From a virus (lineage: Duplodnaviria; Caudoviricetes), in the IMG/VR virus record IMGVR_UViG_2558309062_000001, positions 1 to 64,000 of that record: a stretch of 64,000 nucleotides of DNA; one strand, given 5' to 3'. Shown in pieces: positions 54,949 through 63,852 of this stretch. The translations under genes and the position numbers were made by a program. The notes beneath the pieces are model-generated. The model saw only the letters and a program-made list of their open reading frames with translations. It did not search any database and was not told where the DNA came from. Within the stretch, counting starts at the first letter, position 1; the number at the start of each line of letters is the position of its first letter.

Positions 54949-55491
54949 TCAATAGGGCTTTTCGACTTTGCCCTGGTCCTGCAGGCTCCGGACCTTGAAG
55001 AGGTCGTTTAGCAGGGAGTCCATCTGGTTGGCCATCTGCTTGCGCAGGCCGTCTTTAAGGGCGCCGGTAACGTTGGTCACGCTTTGCTGCATTTCCTTGC
55101 TGAAGTCTTCAGCGCAGATCTTGGTCATCAGCCACTGCGCCCGTGTAACCGAGTTGTAATCGCTGGTGGCTGGCTTTCCATCGCCAGGGTTGACCTTGCC
55201 GCTCCAGTAGGCAGTAACCGTCTTCTCCAGTTCCTTGCGCAGAGTGGTGGACGGGCCTTCTTGGTCGCCCCACTGATTAACACGGCGGTATTCACGCTCG
55301 AACGAACCGTTGATGGTCTCGTCGATTGCCTTCTGGATTTGCGCGGTCACGCGCTCATCGAAGATTTTGTCGATGCGCTTCTTCACCTCTTTCGCGACCA
55401 GGTCGGATAGGTCTTCGTCCTCGCGAAGGAGCTGATCGGTGACCTGGGCCACGATTGCGGTTTTCAGTGCTTCTTCGTTGATGTTCAGCAT
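54949..55491 (-). CDS. Coiled-coil hypothetical protein, first gene of the pL operon
   Basis: GGAGG SD after the conserved leader hairpin; 180 aa. Confidence 0.75.
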   Translation of the reverse strand: MLNINEEALKTAIVAQVTDQLLREDEDLSDLVAKEVKKRIDKIFDERVTAQIQKAIDETINGSFEREYRRVNQWGDQEGPSTTLRKELEKTVTAYWSGKVNPGDGKPATSDYNSVTRAQWLMTKICAEDFSKEMQQSVTNVTGALKDGLRKQMANQMDSLLNDLFKVRSLQDQGKVEKPY

Positions 55492-55509
55492 TCCCGTGCC
55501 CTCCAGGGC

Positions 55510-56090
55510 GGTTGATTTCCCGGATGCCACTCGCTGAATGGCACCTGGTGAAATCCCGGCCTCGCTACTGGCGACAGGCCGGGGTGTTGCGTCAGCGGTG
55601 ATCCCTCTACGCTAGGGTGGCGCCGCGTCTGCCGCTGCTGATTGCAGCTCTGCGGTTCGTCGTGGTTGCGGGCTTCGAGCTTCCTCCTCATGGCGTCAAG
55701 CAGCATCTGTCCGCCATGGATCGCAGGTCCTTACAACATGCACGCTACAGCTCTGAATGCCCTGACTGAGTGGGGCAGGGTGCATGAGGTCCGGCACCCC
55801 TCAATGCCGAAGCTCGGGGCGCTAATTCAAATCGGTGTTTCTGGGCTCCGTTACTCGCCACGGTGGCCTGGGCGAATCCTTTTTCGGGAACCCTGTGGGT
55901 TCAACAGTCAGCCGCGCCTATGCCGCTAACTCTCGCTTTTGGTGCTTTACGCTGCACACCTTGGGGGAGGCGCCCCATCTCAAAGAATCCGCTTGAAGGT
56001 CATGGCTCCTTGATCGCTGCCATGTCCGGGCATTTGCCTGCGGGTGTCGGCCGGTGAGGGCCTCCCGAGGGGCTGTGTAGCGCCTCGATG
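55510..56090 (-). ncRNA. Structured pL leader RNA of prophage 2
   Basis: About 580 nt without a convincing ORF; motifs covary with 8999..9228. Confidence 0.55.
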
Positions 56091-56095
56091 GATGT

Positions 56096-56137
56096 AGTTA
56101 ACCATCGGTATATATTTGTCGTCAATACCGATGGTTA
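56096..56137 (-). promoter_or_regulatory. pL with two operators
   Basis: TAACCATCGGTA 56099..56110 and TACCGATGGTTA 56126..56137; TTGACG -35 at 56125-56120. Confidence 0.75.
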
Positions 56138-56174
56138 ATTTATTTTTCGAGGGCTTGCGCTATGATCTGCAATA

Positions 56175-56190
56175 CTGGATGTATGTACAG
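56175..56190. promoter_or_regulatory. LexA (SOS) box
   Basis: TA-CTGGATGTATGTACAG; TATGAT -10 just upstream. Confidence 0.75.
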
Positions 56191-56206
56191 TTATTACGGA
56201 GGTGTC

Positions 56207-56524
56207 ATGGCCAAGCAAAACAAGACGGCGCCAAAGCAGCAGAGCCAGAAGATGACTGACCTAGAGCGCCTGGGGCTCAGGGTTTCCAACATGATTAATC
56301 ACCCGATCGCGCAGGAGCAGAGGTGGGTCGTCATTCATCGCCTGGACACTGACGGGGATGCGGAGTGGGATGAGATCATGGGGATTCTGTCGGAAACGGA
56401 TGGCCTTGAGATGACCTTTCTCGACGATGGCGGGGTGAAGATCGAGTGGGAGATGCAGAGCGAGGAGGATCGAGAGGCGCCGGCCAGTGAGCTGGAAGCG
56501 CTGGAGGATGAGCCGCCTTTCTGA
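56207..56524 (+). CDS. DUF1654-like acidic protein
   Basis: LERLGLRVS.MIN.P.AQ..R...IHRLDTD.D..W. Confidence 0.75.
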   Translation: MAKQNKTAPKQQSQKMTDLERLGLRVSNMINHPIAQEQRWVVIHRLDTDGDAEWDEIMGILSETDGLEMTFLDDGGVKIEWEMQSEEDREAPASELEALEDEPPF

Positions 56525-56532
56525 CGGGCCCC

Positions 56533-56558
56533 AAAGAGCCCGCTCGGTGCGGGCTTCT
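56533..56558. terminator. Terminator between convergent genes
   Basis: AGCCCGC/GCGGGCT hairpin. Confidence 0.65.
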
Positions 56559-56572
56559 GGCTGGAGATTTGC

Positions 56573-57079
56573 TTACTTCGAGAACTTAACCTCGGTCGCC
56601 AGCGCCTGCTTGGCGGCTTGGTAGTCCGACTTTGCGCGATGGTCAGGAAGGCGGTATGGGCTCATCGAGGATAGATAGGCTGACCATTTAGCGTACAGAT
56701 CCTTGCTCAGCTCAAGCTGCTTGGCCGGAACCTTGGACGCTTTCAGCCGAGTTACAGCCTCATTGCCCTGGGCGTGGGCGAATTTCACGCATTCCATGAA
56801 AGAGTTGCTGTATTCGGTTTGCAGGTCGCGCAGGCCGTATCGAACAGCATCGCGGCCCAGCGTTGCCTCCAGATCGCACTGGAATACCGGCATATCGAGC
56901 TGGCTGGCAAAGTTGGCCGCCTCTGGCGATTCCTTGTCATAGGTGTAGGGGCGCGGCTTGAAAACGTGAGGCTCTTTCTTTGCGGGCGCTGCGGCATATC
57001 CGCCGGAGTTAGGCTGGCCCGGAGCGCAGCCAGCCAGAAATGCTGCAGAAATGATAAAAGCGGCCAGGGTGTTTCGCAT
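56573..57079 (-). CDS. Lipoprotein moron
   Basis: MRNTLAAFIISAAFLAG-C lipobox; GGAG SD. Confidence 0.78.
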   Translation of the reverse strand: MRNTLAAFIISAAFLAGCAPGQPNSGGYAAAPAKKEPHVFKPRPYTYDKESPEAANFASQLDMPVFQCDLEATLGRDAVRYGLRDLQTEYSNSFMECVKFAHAQGNEAVTRLKASKVPAKQLELSKDLYAKWSAYLSSMSPYRLPDHRAKSDYQAAKQALATEVKFSK

Positions 57080-57141
57080 GACTCTCTCCATGAGGAAAGC
57101 CACCATTCTACCACTCTGGCCTTGAGCCATCACGCAGGCGT

Positions 57142-57310
57142 AAAAAAGCCCGCTGGGAAGCGCGGGCTAACGTAGGGAAATCGGATGTGCCATCACTGTG
57201 CAGAGTAGGGCGTGAAAAAAGCGTGAAGGCATGAAAAAGCCCGCCGAGGCGGGCTTCGGGATCAGATCGAGTATGGCAGGTGTAAGAAGCCCGGCGCAGG
57301 GCCGAGCTTT
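57142..57310 (-). terminator. Cluster of three terminator-like hairpins
   Basis: A-run+GCCCG stems near 57142, 57234 and 57284. Confidence 0.65.
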
Positions 57311-57889
57311 CTATTTAGAGCTTGTCGCGGGCGGAGTTTTTAGCTGCTGTAGTTTTTGCTGCTCTTGTATTTGCTGCAAAAGGGCTTGTGTGTCTTTCGT
57401 TTGCTGCGCCATTGTCGCTTGGGCGGATGCGATATCCTTGCCAACACCGAAGCCTGCTATCGTGCTGGAGACCAAGCTTGAATTGCTGCTCTGTATGCCA
57501 AAAAATATGGTCAGGGTGCTCGCAACAATAGCTCCGACAATGGCAAGGGTTGTATTGCGCATTGACGACTTTAAATCTTTTAGGTGCCCGAGATCAGTCT
57601 CCACAGCCTTCAGGTCGCCACGCATGCCAGACATTTCGAGGCGGATTTCGCCCATGGCATCTTTGACGGTCTGCTCAAAACTCTGCAAGCGCAAATCTAC
57701 CTTGAGATTTTGGTTCTCGAGATGGGCTTTCAGTTCGTCGCGGTTTAGGTCGGTCATAGGCTCAGTATCGGCCTCAGCCCCATCAAAGTCATCCCCGAGA
57801 GCAAGAAATTGTGCCTCCAGCTCTGCAATTTTTGCCTGCTGCTTTGCGTACTCACGTTGGAGTAGGGTATCCGACACCTTATCTTCCAT
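57311..57889 (-). CDS. Coiled-coil protein with C-terminal TM helix (moron)
   Basis: GGAG SD; heptads then LAIVGAIVASTLTIFFGI; lower GC. Confidence 0.7.
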   Translation of the reverse strand: MEDKVSDTLLQREYAKQQAKIAELEAQFLALGDDFDGAEADTEPMTDLNRDELKAHLENQNLKVDLRLQSFEQTVKDAMGEIRLEMSGMRGDLKAVETDLGHLKDLKSSMRNTTLAIVGAIVASTLTIFFGIQSSNSSLVSSTIAGFGVGKDIASAQATMAQQTKDTQALLQQIQEQQKLQQLKTPPATSSK

Positions 57890-58127
57890 CGTTCGTCTCC
57901 ATAATCTCGGAGAGCTCTTGAAGAATTTCCATCTGCTCATCCATTCCCTTGAATACCTCAACCGCCTGCTGCCTTGTTTCTGTAGGCAGACCTTCTCCTT
58001 CGGCAAGCACAAGAGAAAGTTTCAGCAGCGCAGAGGTGTTTGCAACGCCAAGAGCCGTTAGGCGAGAAACCATAACCCTTAGCTTGGTAACGTCGCTTAA
58101 CAGGCGGCCTTCCGTGTTGTCATCCAA
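57879..58127 (-). CDS. Small helical protein, partner of 57311..57889
   Basis: GGGAG SD with TTG start; 11-nt overlap with the next gene. Confidence 0.6.
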   Translation of the reverse strand: MDDNTEGRLLSDVTKLRVMVSRLTALGVANTSALLKLSLVLAEGEGLPTETRQQAVEVFKGMDEQMEILQELSEIMETNDGR

Positions 58128-58159
58128 TTAAATTCTCCCTTACAGTTCACTGCTTGAAA

Positions 58160-58393
58160 TTATGCAGGGCGAACAATCCTTCCCGCCTTCACCTCATCCC
58201 CATACCCCACCAGCCTGTCCTCCCCAGCCTGCATCACCTGGCAGATCCTGATCACTGCCTGGGCGTCATGCTCGTTTCCAGCCAGGCTCAGTCGTTCGGC
58301 TATGCGCATCAGCTCGACCGCCGACCACTTCAGGTCAGAGGCCAGGCCTTGAAGGTCGCGGTGGAGTTCTTGATTGGGCTTGGTTAGGGGCAT
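58160..58393 (-). CDS. Small protein directly downstream of cI
   Basis: Starts 2 nt after the cI stop; MPLTKPNQELHRDL. Confidence 0.65.
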   Translation of the reverse strand: MPLTKPNQELHRDLQGLASDLKWSAVELMRIAERLSLAGNEHDAQAVIRICQVMQAGEDRLVGYGDEVKAGRIVRPA

Positions 58394-58395
58394 GG

Positions 58396-59277
58396 CTAGG
58401 CCTTCCTGGCGTTCCAGATAAGCAGGACTTTCGCATGGATCGTGACATCCTCGATCCTGGCCTGCTGATCCTTGTGCTTCTCGTTGTCAGAGATCAGCCA
58501 GAAATGATCTTCGTCGAAGAACTGGAGGCGCTTGATGTACAGATGGCCGTGCCAAGTCAGGACGTAGATCCCATCGCCCACGAACTCATTCACGCCGCGA
58601 TCGACGATCAGCGGGTCTTTGTCGTTGATCGTGCCTTCCATGCTCTGGCCCCAGCCGAAGATCATGGCCAGGGCTGACTGGGAAGTGAACGTGACGCCTT
58701 TCTCGTGAAGAACCGACTCCTTCACGATCACGTTGCGCATGACCTCGGTGTAGTCAGGCGGCACCTGGCCGTGCCCCATAGAGGCGCGGATATCGTACTG
58801 AGGGATGAAGATCTCGTCCTTCTTGACCTTGAGGCCTGAGAAGTCCGCAGAGACGACATTGCTCGGGCGCTCATCCACCAGGGAATCGGCCACCGCAGCC
58901 GCTATTCTCTGCTGGGCATCCTCGTCCAGCTTCTTCCCCGCGTGCTGACGCAGCATAGCCATGACCTTCTCCGCCGCCCCGGCCTTGTGATCCGACTCGG
59001 CTGAGGGCGCCATGCGCATCCCGCGTATCTCCTCGGCAAGCCTAGGGCTGAATTTCTCCACTGGCACGTCTAGCAGGCGCGCGAGCACCGCCGCGAACTT
59101 GGCGTTCAACGGGTTGATGCCCTTGAAGTAGAGGTTCACAGCTGCCGGCGTCATTCCCGCCTCATCCGCGATCTTCTTCTGGCTCAGCTTCAGCTCGTTC
59201 TTCCGCGCCAGGAATAAAGCGTGCGCCGCTTCGCATTCAGCCAATCGGTCAGGGGGGAGGATTCGTTTCTTAGTCAT
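58396..59277 (-). CDS. cI: CI repressor (HTH plus S24), probably leaderless
   Basis: LSQKKIADEAGMTPAAVNLYFKG; ASMGHG; GQSM; IKRLQ; TATGTT six nt before ATG. Confidence 0.93.
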   Translation of the reverse strand: MTKKRILPPDRLAECEAAHALFLARKNELKLSQKKIADEAGMTPAAVNLYFKGINPLNAKFAAVLARLLDVPVEKFSPRLAEEIRGMRMAPSAESDHKAGAAEKVMAMLRQHAGKKLDEDAQQRIAAAVADSLVDERPSNVVSADFSGLKVKKDEIFIPQYDIRASMGHGQVPPDYTEVMRNVIVKESVLHEKGVTFTSQSALAMIFGWGQSMEGTINDKDPLIVDRGVNEFVGDGIYVLTWHGHLYIKRLQFFDEDHFWLISDNEKHKDQQARIEDVTIHAKVLLIWNARKA

Positions 59278-59283
59278 GGCGCG

Positions 59284-59354
59284 AACATATACCAACGGTT
59301 AAAGAAAGGGCAGAAACCATCGGTATGGACAAATAATCAACCGATGGTTAATAT
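59284..59354. promoter_or_regulatory. OR region: three operators, pR and pRM
   Basis: ACC-N3-GGT palindromes at 59290, 59314 and 59339; TGGACA, 17 bp, TAATAT. Confidence 0.8.
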
Positions 59355-59382
59355 CCGAGTCATGAACAACCGAGGCCAGATC

Positions 59383-59577
59383 ATGAATGCGACCCCCCTC
59401 GACAAATTTGTTGCTGAAAAAGGGCAGTCCGAAGCCGCCAGGCTTCTTCGTGTGACGGCCCCTGCAATCCACAAGGCGCTGATCGCCAAGCGCGATATCA
59501 GCGTGTTCCAGCTTCCCGATGGCGGATTCGAAGCGGTCGAGCAACGACCGTTCCCATCTCAGAAATCCGCCGCCTAA
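59383..59577 (+). CDS. cro: Cro repressor, lambda-Cro type
   Basis: GQSEAARLLRVTAPAIHKAL...E.RPFPS. Confidence 0.9.
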   Translation: MNATPLDKFVAEKGQSEAARLLRVTAPAIHKALIAKRDISVFQLPDGGFEAVEQRPFPSQKSAA

Positions 59578-59607
59578 CCCATTCCAACCGCAAGGAGCAG
59601 TACCCGC

Positions 59608-59820
59608 ATGGCCTATGACAACCCCGCCCATAAGCGCAGCGAAGTAGTGAAGTCCCGCTACAAGCCGGAGGACGTTCGCATGCTTCGAATGGAAGCACGC
59701 GCGGCCGGGATGCAGTTGGCCACCTACGTCCATGAGCTTTCGATGATCGCCAGGCGCCTTGGCGCTGCTGAGCTGATCCGCGAAATCCATGGCCACGGCA
59801 AACAGGATAAGACGGCTTAA
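59608..59820 (+). CDS. Small DNA-binding protein (RHH-like, cII position)
   Basis: AAGGAG SD; ARAAGMQLATYV. Confidence 0.65.
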   Translation: MAYDNPAHKRSEVVKSRYKPEDVRMLRMEARAAGMQLATYVHELSMIARRLGAAELIREIHGHGKQDKTA

Positions 59821-59838
59821 AGGCCTTATGGAGGGCCT

Positions 59839-60051
59839 ATGCCTGAAAGCACCTTCGATTTGTTGGAGAAGGGGGCTCAGGAAGAGGTTCGGCAGTTAAG
59901 TGCCGAGCTTGGATGGAGCCTCGAATACACCGCCAGCCAGTACTTGGAAGCAGGTCGATCACTGGCGGTACAGGCCCAGCTAAGGCAGATGAGGCATACA
60001 GCCCCGCTGCTTTCGCTGGTAGATCACAAAAAGGGCCTAAATAGCTCCTGA
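59839..60051 (+). CDS. Small hypothetical protein
   Basis: GGAGG SD. Confidence 0.6.
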   Translation: MPESTFDLLEKGAQEEVRQLSAELGWSLEYTASQYLEAGRSLAVQAQLRQMRHTAPLLSLVDHKKGLNSS

Positions 60052-60149
60052 TTGTGAAAAGACAGAGGCCCTATTTCGGGCTTCTAGCAGGCACAAAAAA
60101 GCCGGGATTGCGGCCCGGCTCTCTGCAACACATAACTGAGACCAATTAT

Positions 60150-60893
60150 ATGCATACGCAGAACCTGAGTCTACATCCCAACAAAAGGCCCGCGCCACAA
60201 AATGCGGGCCACGTTTCTGTGGCGCGCACGATGTCGTCTCGTGAAATCGCTGACCTGACCGGGAAGCAGCACTTCCACGTCAAGCGGGACATCGAAAAGC
60301 TACTCGCCGACCTAGGTGAAGATGCATCCACTTTTGGATGCACCTATCTGGACGGCCAGAATCGCACCCAGACCGAATACCGACTGGATCGCGAACATAC
60401 CGATTGCCTGCTAACCGGCTACAGCGCCGCTATGCGCATGGCCGTCATAAAGCGCTGGCGTGAACTGGAGGAGGGCTCCGGCAGGGTTATCGCAACTTTG
60501 CCCGATTTCTCCAATCCTGCCGCTGCCGCACGGGCTTGGGCAGAGCAGTATGAACAACGCCAGGTCGCCCAGCAGGCCCTGGCCATCGCCGCTCCGAAGG
60601 TCGAATTCGTCGACAAGTACGTCGAGTCGACAGGACTGAAGGGCTTCCGCCAGACCGCCAAGCTCCTGAGGGCTAATGAGGCCCGCTTCCGCGAGTTCCT
60701 GCTCGACAAGAAGATCATGTATCGCATGGGCGGCGAGTGGCAGGCCTATCAGCAGCACATCGATGCTGGCCGGTTCGACATAAAGACCGGTACCAGCGAA
60801 AGCGGTCACGCCTTCAATCAAGCCAAATTCACCCCAAAGGGCGTCACCTGGGTGGCTGGCCTGTGGGCACAGTACAACCTGGAGGCCCAATGA
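60150..60893 (+). CDS. Rha-domain / KilAC antirepressor-like protein
   Basis: MSSREIADLTGKQH.HV.RDI; AARAWAEQ; APKVEFVDKY; FTPKG. Confidence 0.88.
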   Translation: MHTQNLSLHPNKRPAPQNAGHVSVARTMSSREIADLTGKQHFHVKRDIEKLLADLGEDASTFGCTYLDGQNRTQTEYRLDREHTDCLLTGYSAAMRMAVIKRWRELEEGSGRVIATLPDFSNPAAAARAWAEQYEQRQVAQQALAIAAPKVEFVDKYVESTGLKGFRQTAKLLRANEARFREFLLDKKIMYRMGGEWQAYQQHIDAGRFDIKTGTSESGHAFNQAKFTPKGVTWVAGLWAQYNLEAQ

Positions 60894-61699
60894 TGGCCCG
60901 TTCAAGAAACATCAAGCCAGGGTTCTTCTCGAACGAACACCTGGCAGAGCTGGACTTTGCCACTCGCCTCCTGTTCATCGGCCTCTGGACCGAAGCTGAC
61001 AGGGAAGGGCGCCTGGAAGATCGCCCGCGCCGCCTGAAAATGGCCCTGTTCCCGGCTGACAATGTCGACCTCGATCGCATGCTCGATGACCTGGATCATT
61101 TGGGGTTCATTAAGCGGTACACCGTTGGCGAGCTCAAGGCCATCCAGGTGGTGAACTGGGCGAAGCACCAGAACCCGCACGTCAAGGAAGCCAAGAGCAC
61201 TATCCCTGGAATCCCCATAGTAGACGCATGCCGGGGAAAGCATGAGGAAAGCACCATGCAAGCACCAGACTCGCACAGTTCTTTCCCTGCTGATTCCCTC
61301 TCTCTTGATTCCGGATTCCTGATTCCTGATTCCCTCACCCCGTCGCCCGCGCCGGTCGATTCCGCCGAGCTGTTCGCGCGCTTCTGGAAGCTGTATCCGC
61401 GCAAGGTTGGGAAGGACAAGGCCGAGAAGGCCTGGGCAAAGCTCAAGCTCACTGCGGAGCTGTTCGACACCATCGTCACCGCCCTGGCCAAGCACCGGCA
61501 GTTGCCCGGCTGGACGAAGGACAACGGCCAGTTCATCCCCCACGCGGCCACCTGGCTCAACGGGAAGCGCTGGGAGGATGAGGTCGAGCTTCCTGCTGAC
61601 AACGTGCACCACCTACCAACCAGCCGCCACCACGGCTTCGCTGACCGCGACTACACCGCAGGGCTGAGGCAGCGGGAGGACGGCAGCTATGCGCTCTGA
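60890..61699 (+). CDS. Replication initiator protein
   Basis: MARSRNIKPGFF...ADREGR; FWKLYPRKVGK...HAATWLNGKRWED. Confidence 0.85.
   Translation: MMARSRNIKPGFFSNEHLAELDFATRLLFIGLWTEADREGRLEDRPRRLKMALFPADNVDLDRMLDDLDHLGFIKRYTVGELKAIQVVNWAKHQNPHVKEAKSTIPGIPIVDACRGKHEESTMQAPDSHSSFPADSLSLDSGFLIPDSLTPSPAPVDSAELFARFWKLYPRKVGKDKAEKAWAKLKLTAELFDTIVTALAKHRQLPGWTKDNGQFIPHAATWLNGKRWEDEVELPADNVHHLPTSRHHGFADRDYTAGLRQREDGSYAL
61292..61333 (+). repeat. GATTCC x5, putative origin iterons
   Basis: At 61292, 61307, 61314, 61321 and 61328 in the linker of the initiator gene. Confidence 0.55.
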
Positions 61700-62495
61700 A
61701 AAAGTCGTCCAGATCGATCAGGGCGCGGTCGTAGCCCGCATTCAGCCAGCCGAGTGCGAGAAGCACGGCGCCTTCGAGCAGAAGGTAACCATGCTGTTGG
61801 GCAAGGCTCTGCGCAGCCACTGCCCTGAATGCGCTCGCATTGCCAAGGAGGAGCGCGAAGCCCGCGCAGAGGCCGAGCAGGCCCTGAACGTGCGCCTGGC
61901 GATCTCCCGGAAGCTGGGCGATTCGCTGATCCCGAAGCGCTTCGCTGATCGCTCGCTGGCGAACTACAAGGCCGAGCATAAGGGCCAGGCGGAGGCGCTG
62001 CGCTTCTGCCGCCACTACGTGAAGACCTTTGACCAGATTGCCGAGAACGGGCGCTGCATGGTGCTGCTGGGCAAGCCAGGCACCGGCAAGACCCACCTGG
62101 GCGCCGGCATGGCCAACGACCTGATGCGCAACACCTCGCATTCAGCCGTGTACCGCACGGTAGGTTCGATCCTGCAGGCCATCCGCGCCACCTACGACCG
62201 CTCCAGCGAGGCGACCGAGGCGAGCATTCTGGCCAGCCTGATCGAGCCGTCACTGTTGGTGCTGGACGAGGTGGGCGTGAGCAAGGAGCAGCCTAGCGAC
62301 TTCGAGCTGACGACCCTGTTCGCGATCATCAACGGCCGGTACGAGCAGGTGAAGCCCACGGTGGTGATCTCGAACCTTGGCCCCGAGCAGTTGCCGGTGG
62401 CCATGGGCGAGCGCTGCGTCGACCGCCTGCGCGAGGGCGGAATGATCGTTGTCCCGTTCGAGTGGGAATCGCACCGCGGCAAGGAGGGCATCTGA
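61689..62495 (+). CDS. DnaC/IstB-like helicase loader ATPase
   Basis: GKPGTGKT, LLVLDEVG, ISN, DRLRE. Confidence 0.9.
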   Translation: MRSEKVVQIDQGAVVARIQPAECEKHGAFEQKVTMLLGKALRSHCPECARIAKEEREARAEAEQALNVRLAISRKLGDSLIPKRFADRSLANYKAEHKGQAEALRFCRHYVKTFDQIAENGRCMVLLGKPGTGKTHLGAGMANDLMRNTSHSAVYRTVGSILQAIRATYDRSSEATEASILASLIEPSLLVLDEVGVSKEQPSDFELTTLFAIINGRYEQVKPTVVISNLGPEQLPVAMGERCVDRLREGGMIVVPFEWESHRGKEGI

Positions 62496-62866
62496 TGATC
62501 GTTATCGCATGTGGCGGACGAGATTTCGCTGATGGTGCGTTTGTGGTGAGTGCGCTGGACGCCTTGCACCGTAAAACCCCGATCAGCGTATTGCTCAACG
62601 GCGGTGCAACTGGAGCTGATCGCCATGCCTTGATGTGGGCAGCTTCTGCGGGGGTTGACCACATCACCTACCACGCCAACTGGAAGAAGCACGGTAAGGC
62701 GGCTGGCCCGAGGAGAAATACCGAGATGCTCAAGGCGGCAATCAGCATTGGCGCGCAACGTGGCGAAACGGTAGGGCTCGTTGCCTTCGCAGGCGGCGCA
62801 GGAACTGCCGATATGAAGCGCCAGAGCCAGAAAGCCAACGTGAAAGTCTGGGAGCCAGTCCAATGA
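62495..62866 (+). CDS. SLOG-family (YspA/DUF2493-like) protein
   Basis: CGGRDF, GGATGAD, WKKHGKAAGPRRN..M, GGAGTADM. Confidence 0.85.
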   Translation: MIVIACGGRDFADGAFVVSALDALHRKTPISVLLNGGATGADRHALMWAASAGVDHITYHANWKKHGKAAGPRRNTEMLKAAISIGAQRGETVGLVAFAGGAGTADMKRQSQKANVKVWEPVQ

Positions 62867-63054
62867 CGCCTGCACAAGAAATCACAGTCGCCCATCTCAA
62901 GACCCAGGGCTTCGCACAGGTCGTAGAAGGCCGGGAAATCGTCCGCATGACCAAGGGCGCAGACCGCCGTGTCGTGATGGCTGATGGCAGCCAGAAGCGC
63001 GGGTATCACGTTGAGTTCAAGCGCGCCGGGCAGCCGGCCGGGGAGGGGGTGTGA
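62863..63054 (+). CDS. Small hypothetical protein
   Basis: ATGA coupling. Confidence 0.6.
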   Translation: MTPAQEITVAHLKTQGFAQVVEGREIVRMTKGADRRVVMADGSQKRGYHVEFKRAGQPAGEGV

Positions 63055-63284
63055 TGGCCACTCCGCATTGGGATGATGCGCCCAGCTGGTCGAACTGGCT
63101 GGCTCAGGACGAAGAGGGTGACTGGCACTGGTTTGAATCCGAGCCAGTGGCAGACAGCTGCCGGAGCAAGCTTGGATTCTGGCGTCGGATTGAGGGTCGC
63201 TGCAATTGGGCACGGAAAACGCCGTGCTACCGGCACTGGTACGAAACGCTCACCGACCGACCGCCTCAGCAGGAGAAGCACTGA
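63054..63284 (+). CDS. Small Trp-rich protein
   Basis: WDDAPSWSNWLAQDEEGDW.WFE..P. Confidence 0.65.
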   Translation: MATPHWDDAPSWSNWLAQDEEGDWHWFESEPVADSCRSKLGFWRRIEGRCNWARKTPCYRHWYETLTDRPPQQEKH

Positions 63285-63556
63285 TGGACACCAACAAGAT
63301 GCGCGCAGAGTTCGAGGAGGCTTTCGTCGAGGAAGAGGTTCGCCTGCTTGGTGAAGGGTTCCGCAGCTCGGCCCTGTACATGATCGAGAAAAACACCGTC
63401 AACGTGCGTTCGGCGTGGTGGGCTTGGCAGGCCTCCCGCGAGGCCGTGGTGGTGGAGCTGCCAAAGTTCGACGACTACCCGGCCAGCATGGAGCGCGACA
63501 TGCGTGAGTCGCTGCGTTCTGCGGTCGAGGCCCAGGGCCTGAAGGTGTCGCCATGA
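63284..63556 (+). CDS. Hypothetical nin-region protein
   Basis: MRAEFE...AWWAWQASR..VVVELP. Confidence 0.7.
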   Translation: MDTNKMRAEFEEAFVEEEVRLLGEGFRSSALYMIEKNTVNVRSAWWAWQASREAVVVELPKFDDYPASMERDMRESLRSAVEAQGLKVSP

Positions 63557-63852
63557 CCGAAGTCCATCGCTACAAAGTCGTCAAGATGCTTTCCGAGGGT
63601 GGCAACCGGATCAGCTACGACCCACACGGCCCCGAGGTGGTGATGGCAGAAGCCTATGACCAGCTCAAGGCCGAGAACGAGGCGCTGCGCAAAGCCCTAG
63701 GCAAAATCAGCGTGCAAGTTGATGGAAACATCAGGTGCGCTGTCCGTGACGTAGTCAATGGCCTGCCAGATGTGCAGGACATCTACGGCTACTGCGACAA
63801 CATTGACGAGATTATTGAGGCGGCCATGGCCAAGGAGGCGAGCCATGGCTGA
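63553..63852 (+). CDS. Hypothetical protein (Ead/Ea22-like coiled coil)
   Basis: YDQLKAENEALRKAL. Confidence 0.6.
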   Translation: MTEVHRYKVVKMLSEGGNRISYDPHGPEVVMAEAYDQLKAENEALRKALGKISVQVDGNIRCAVRDVVNGLPDVQDIYGYCDNIDEIIEAAMAKEASHG

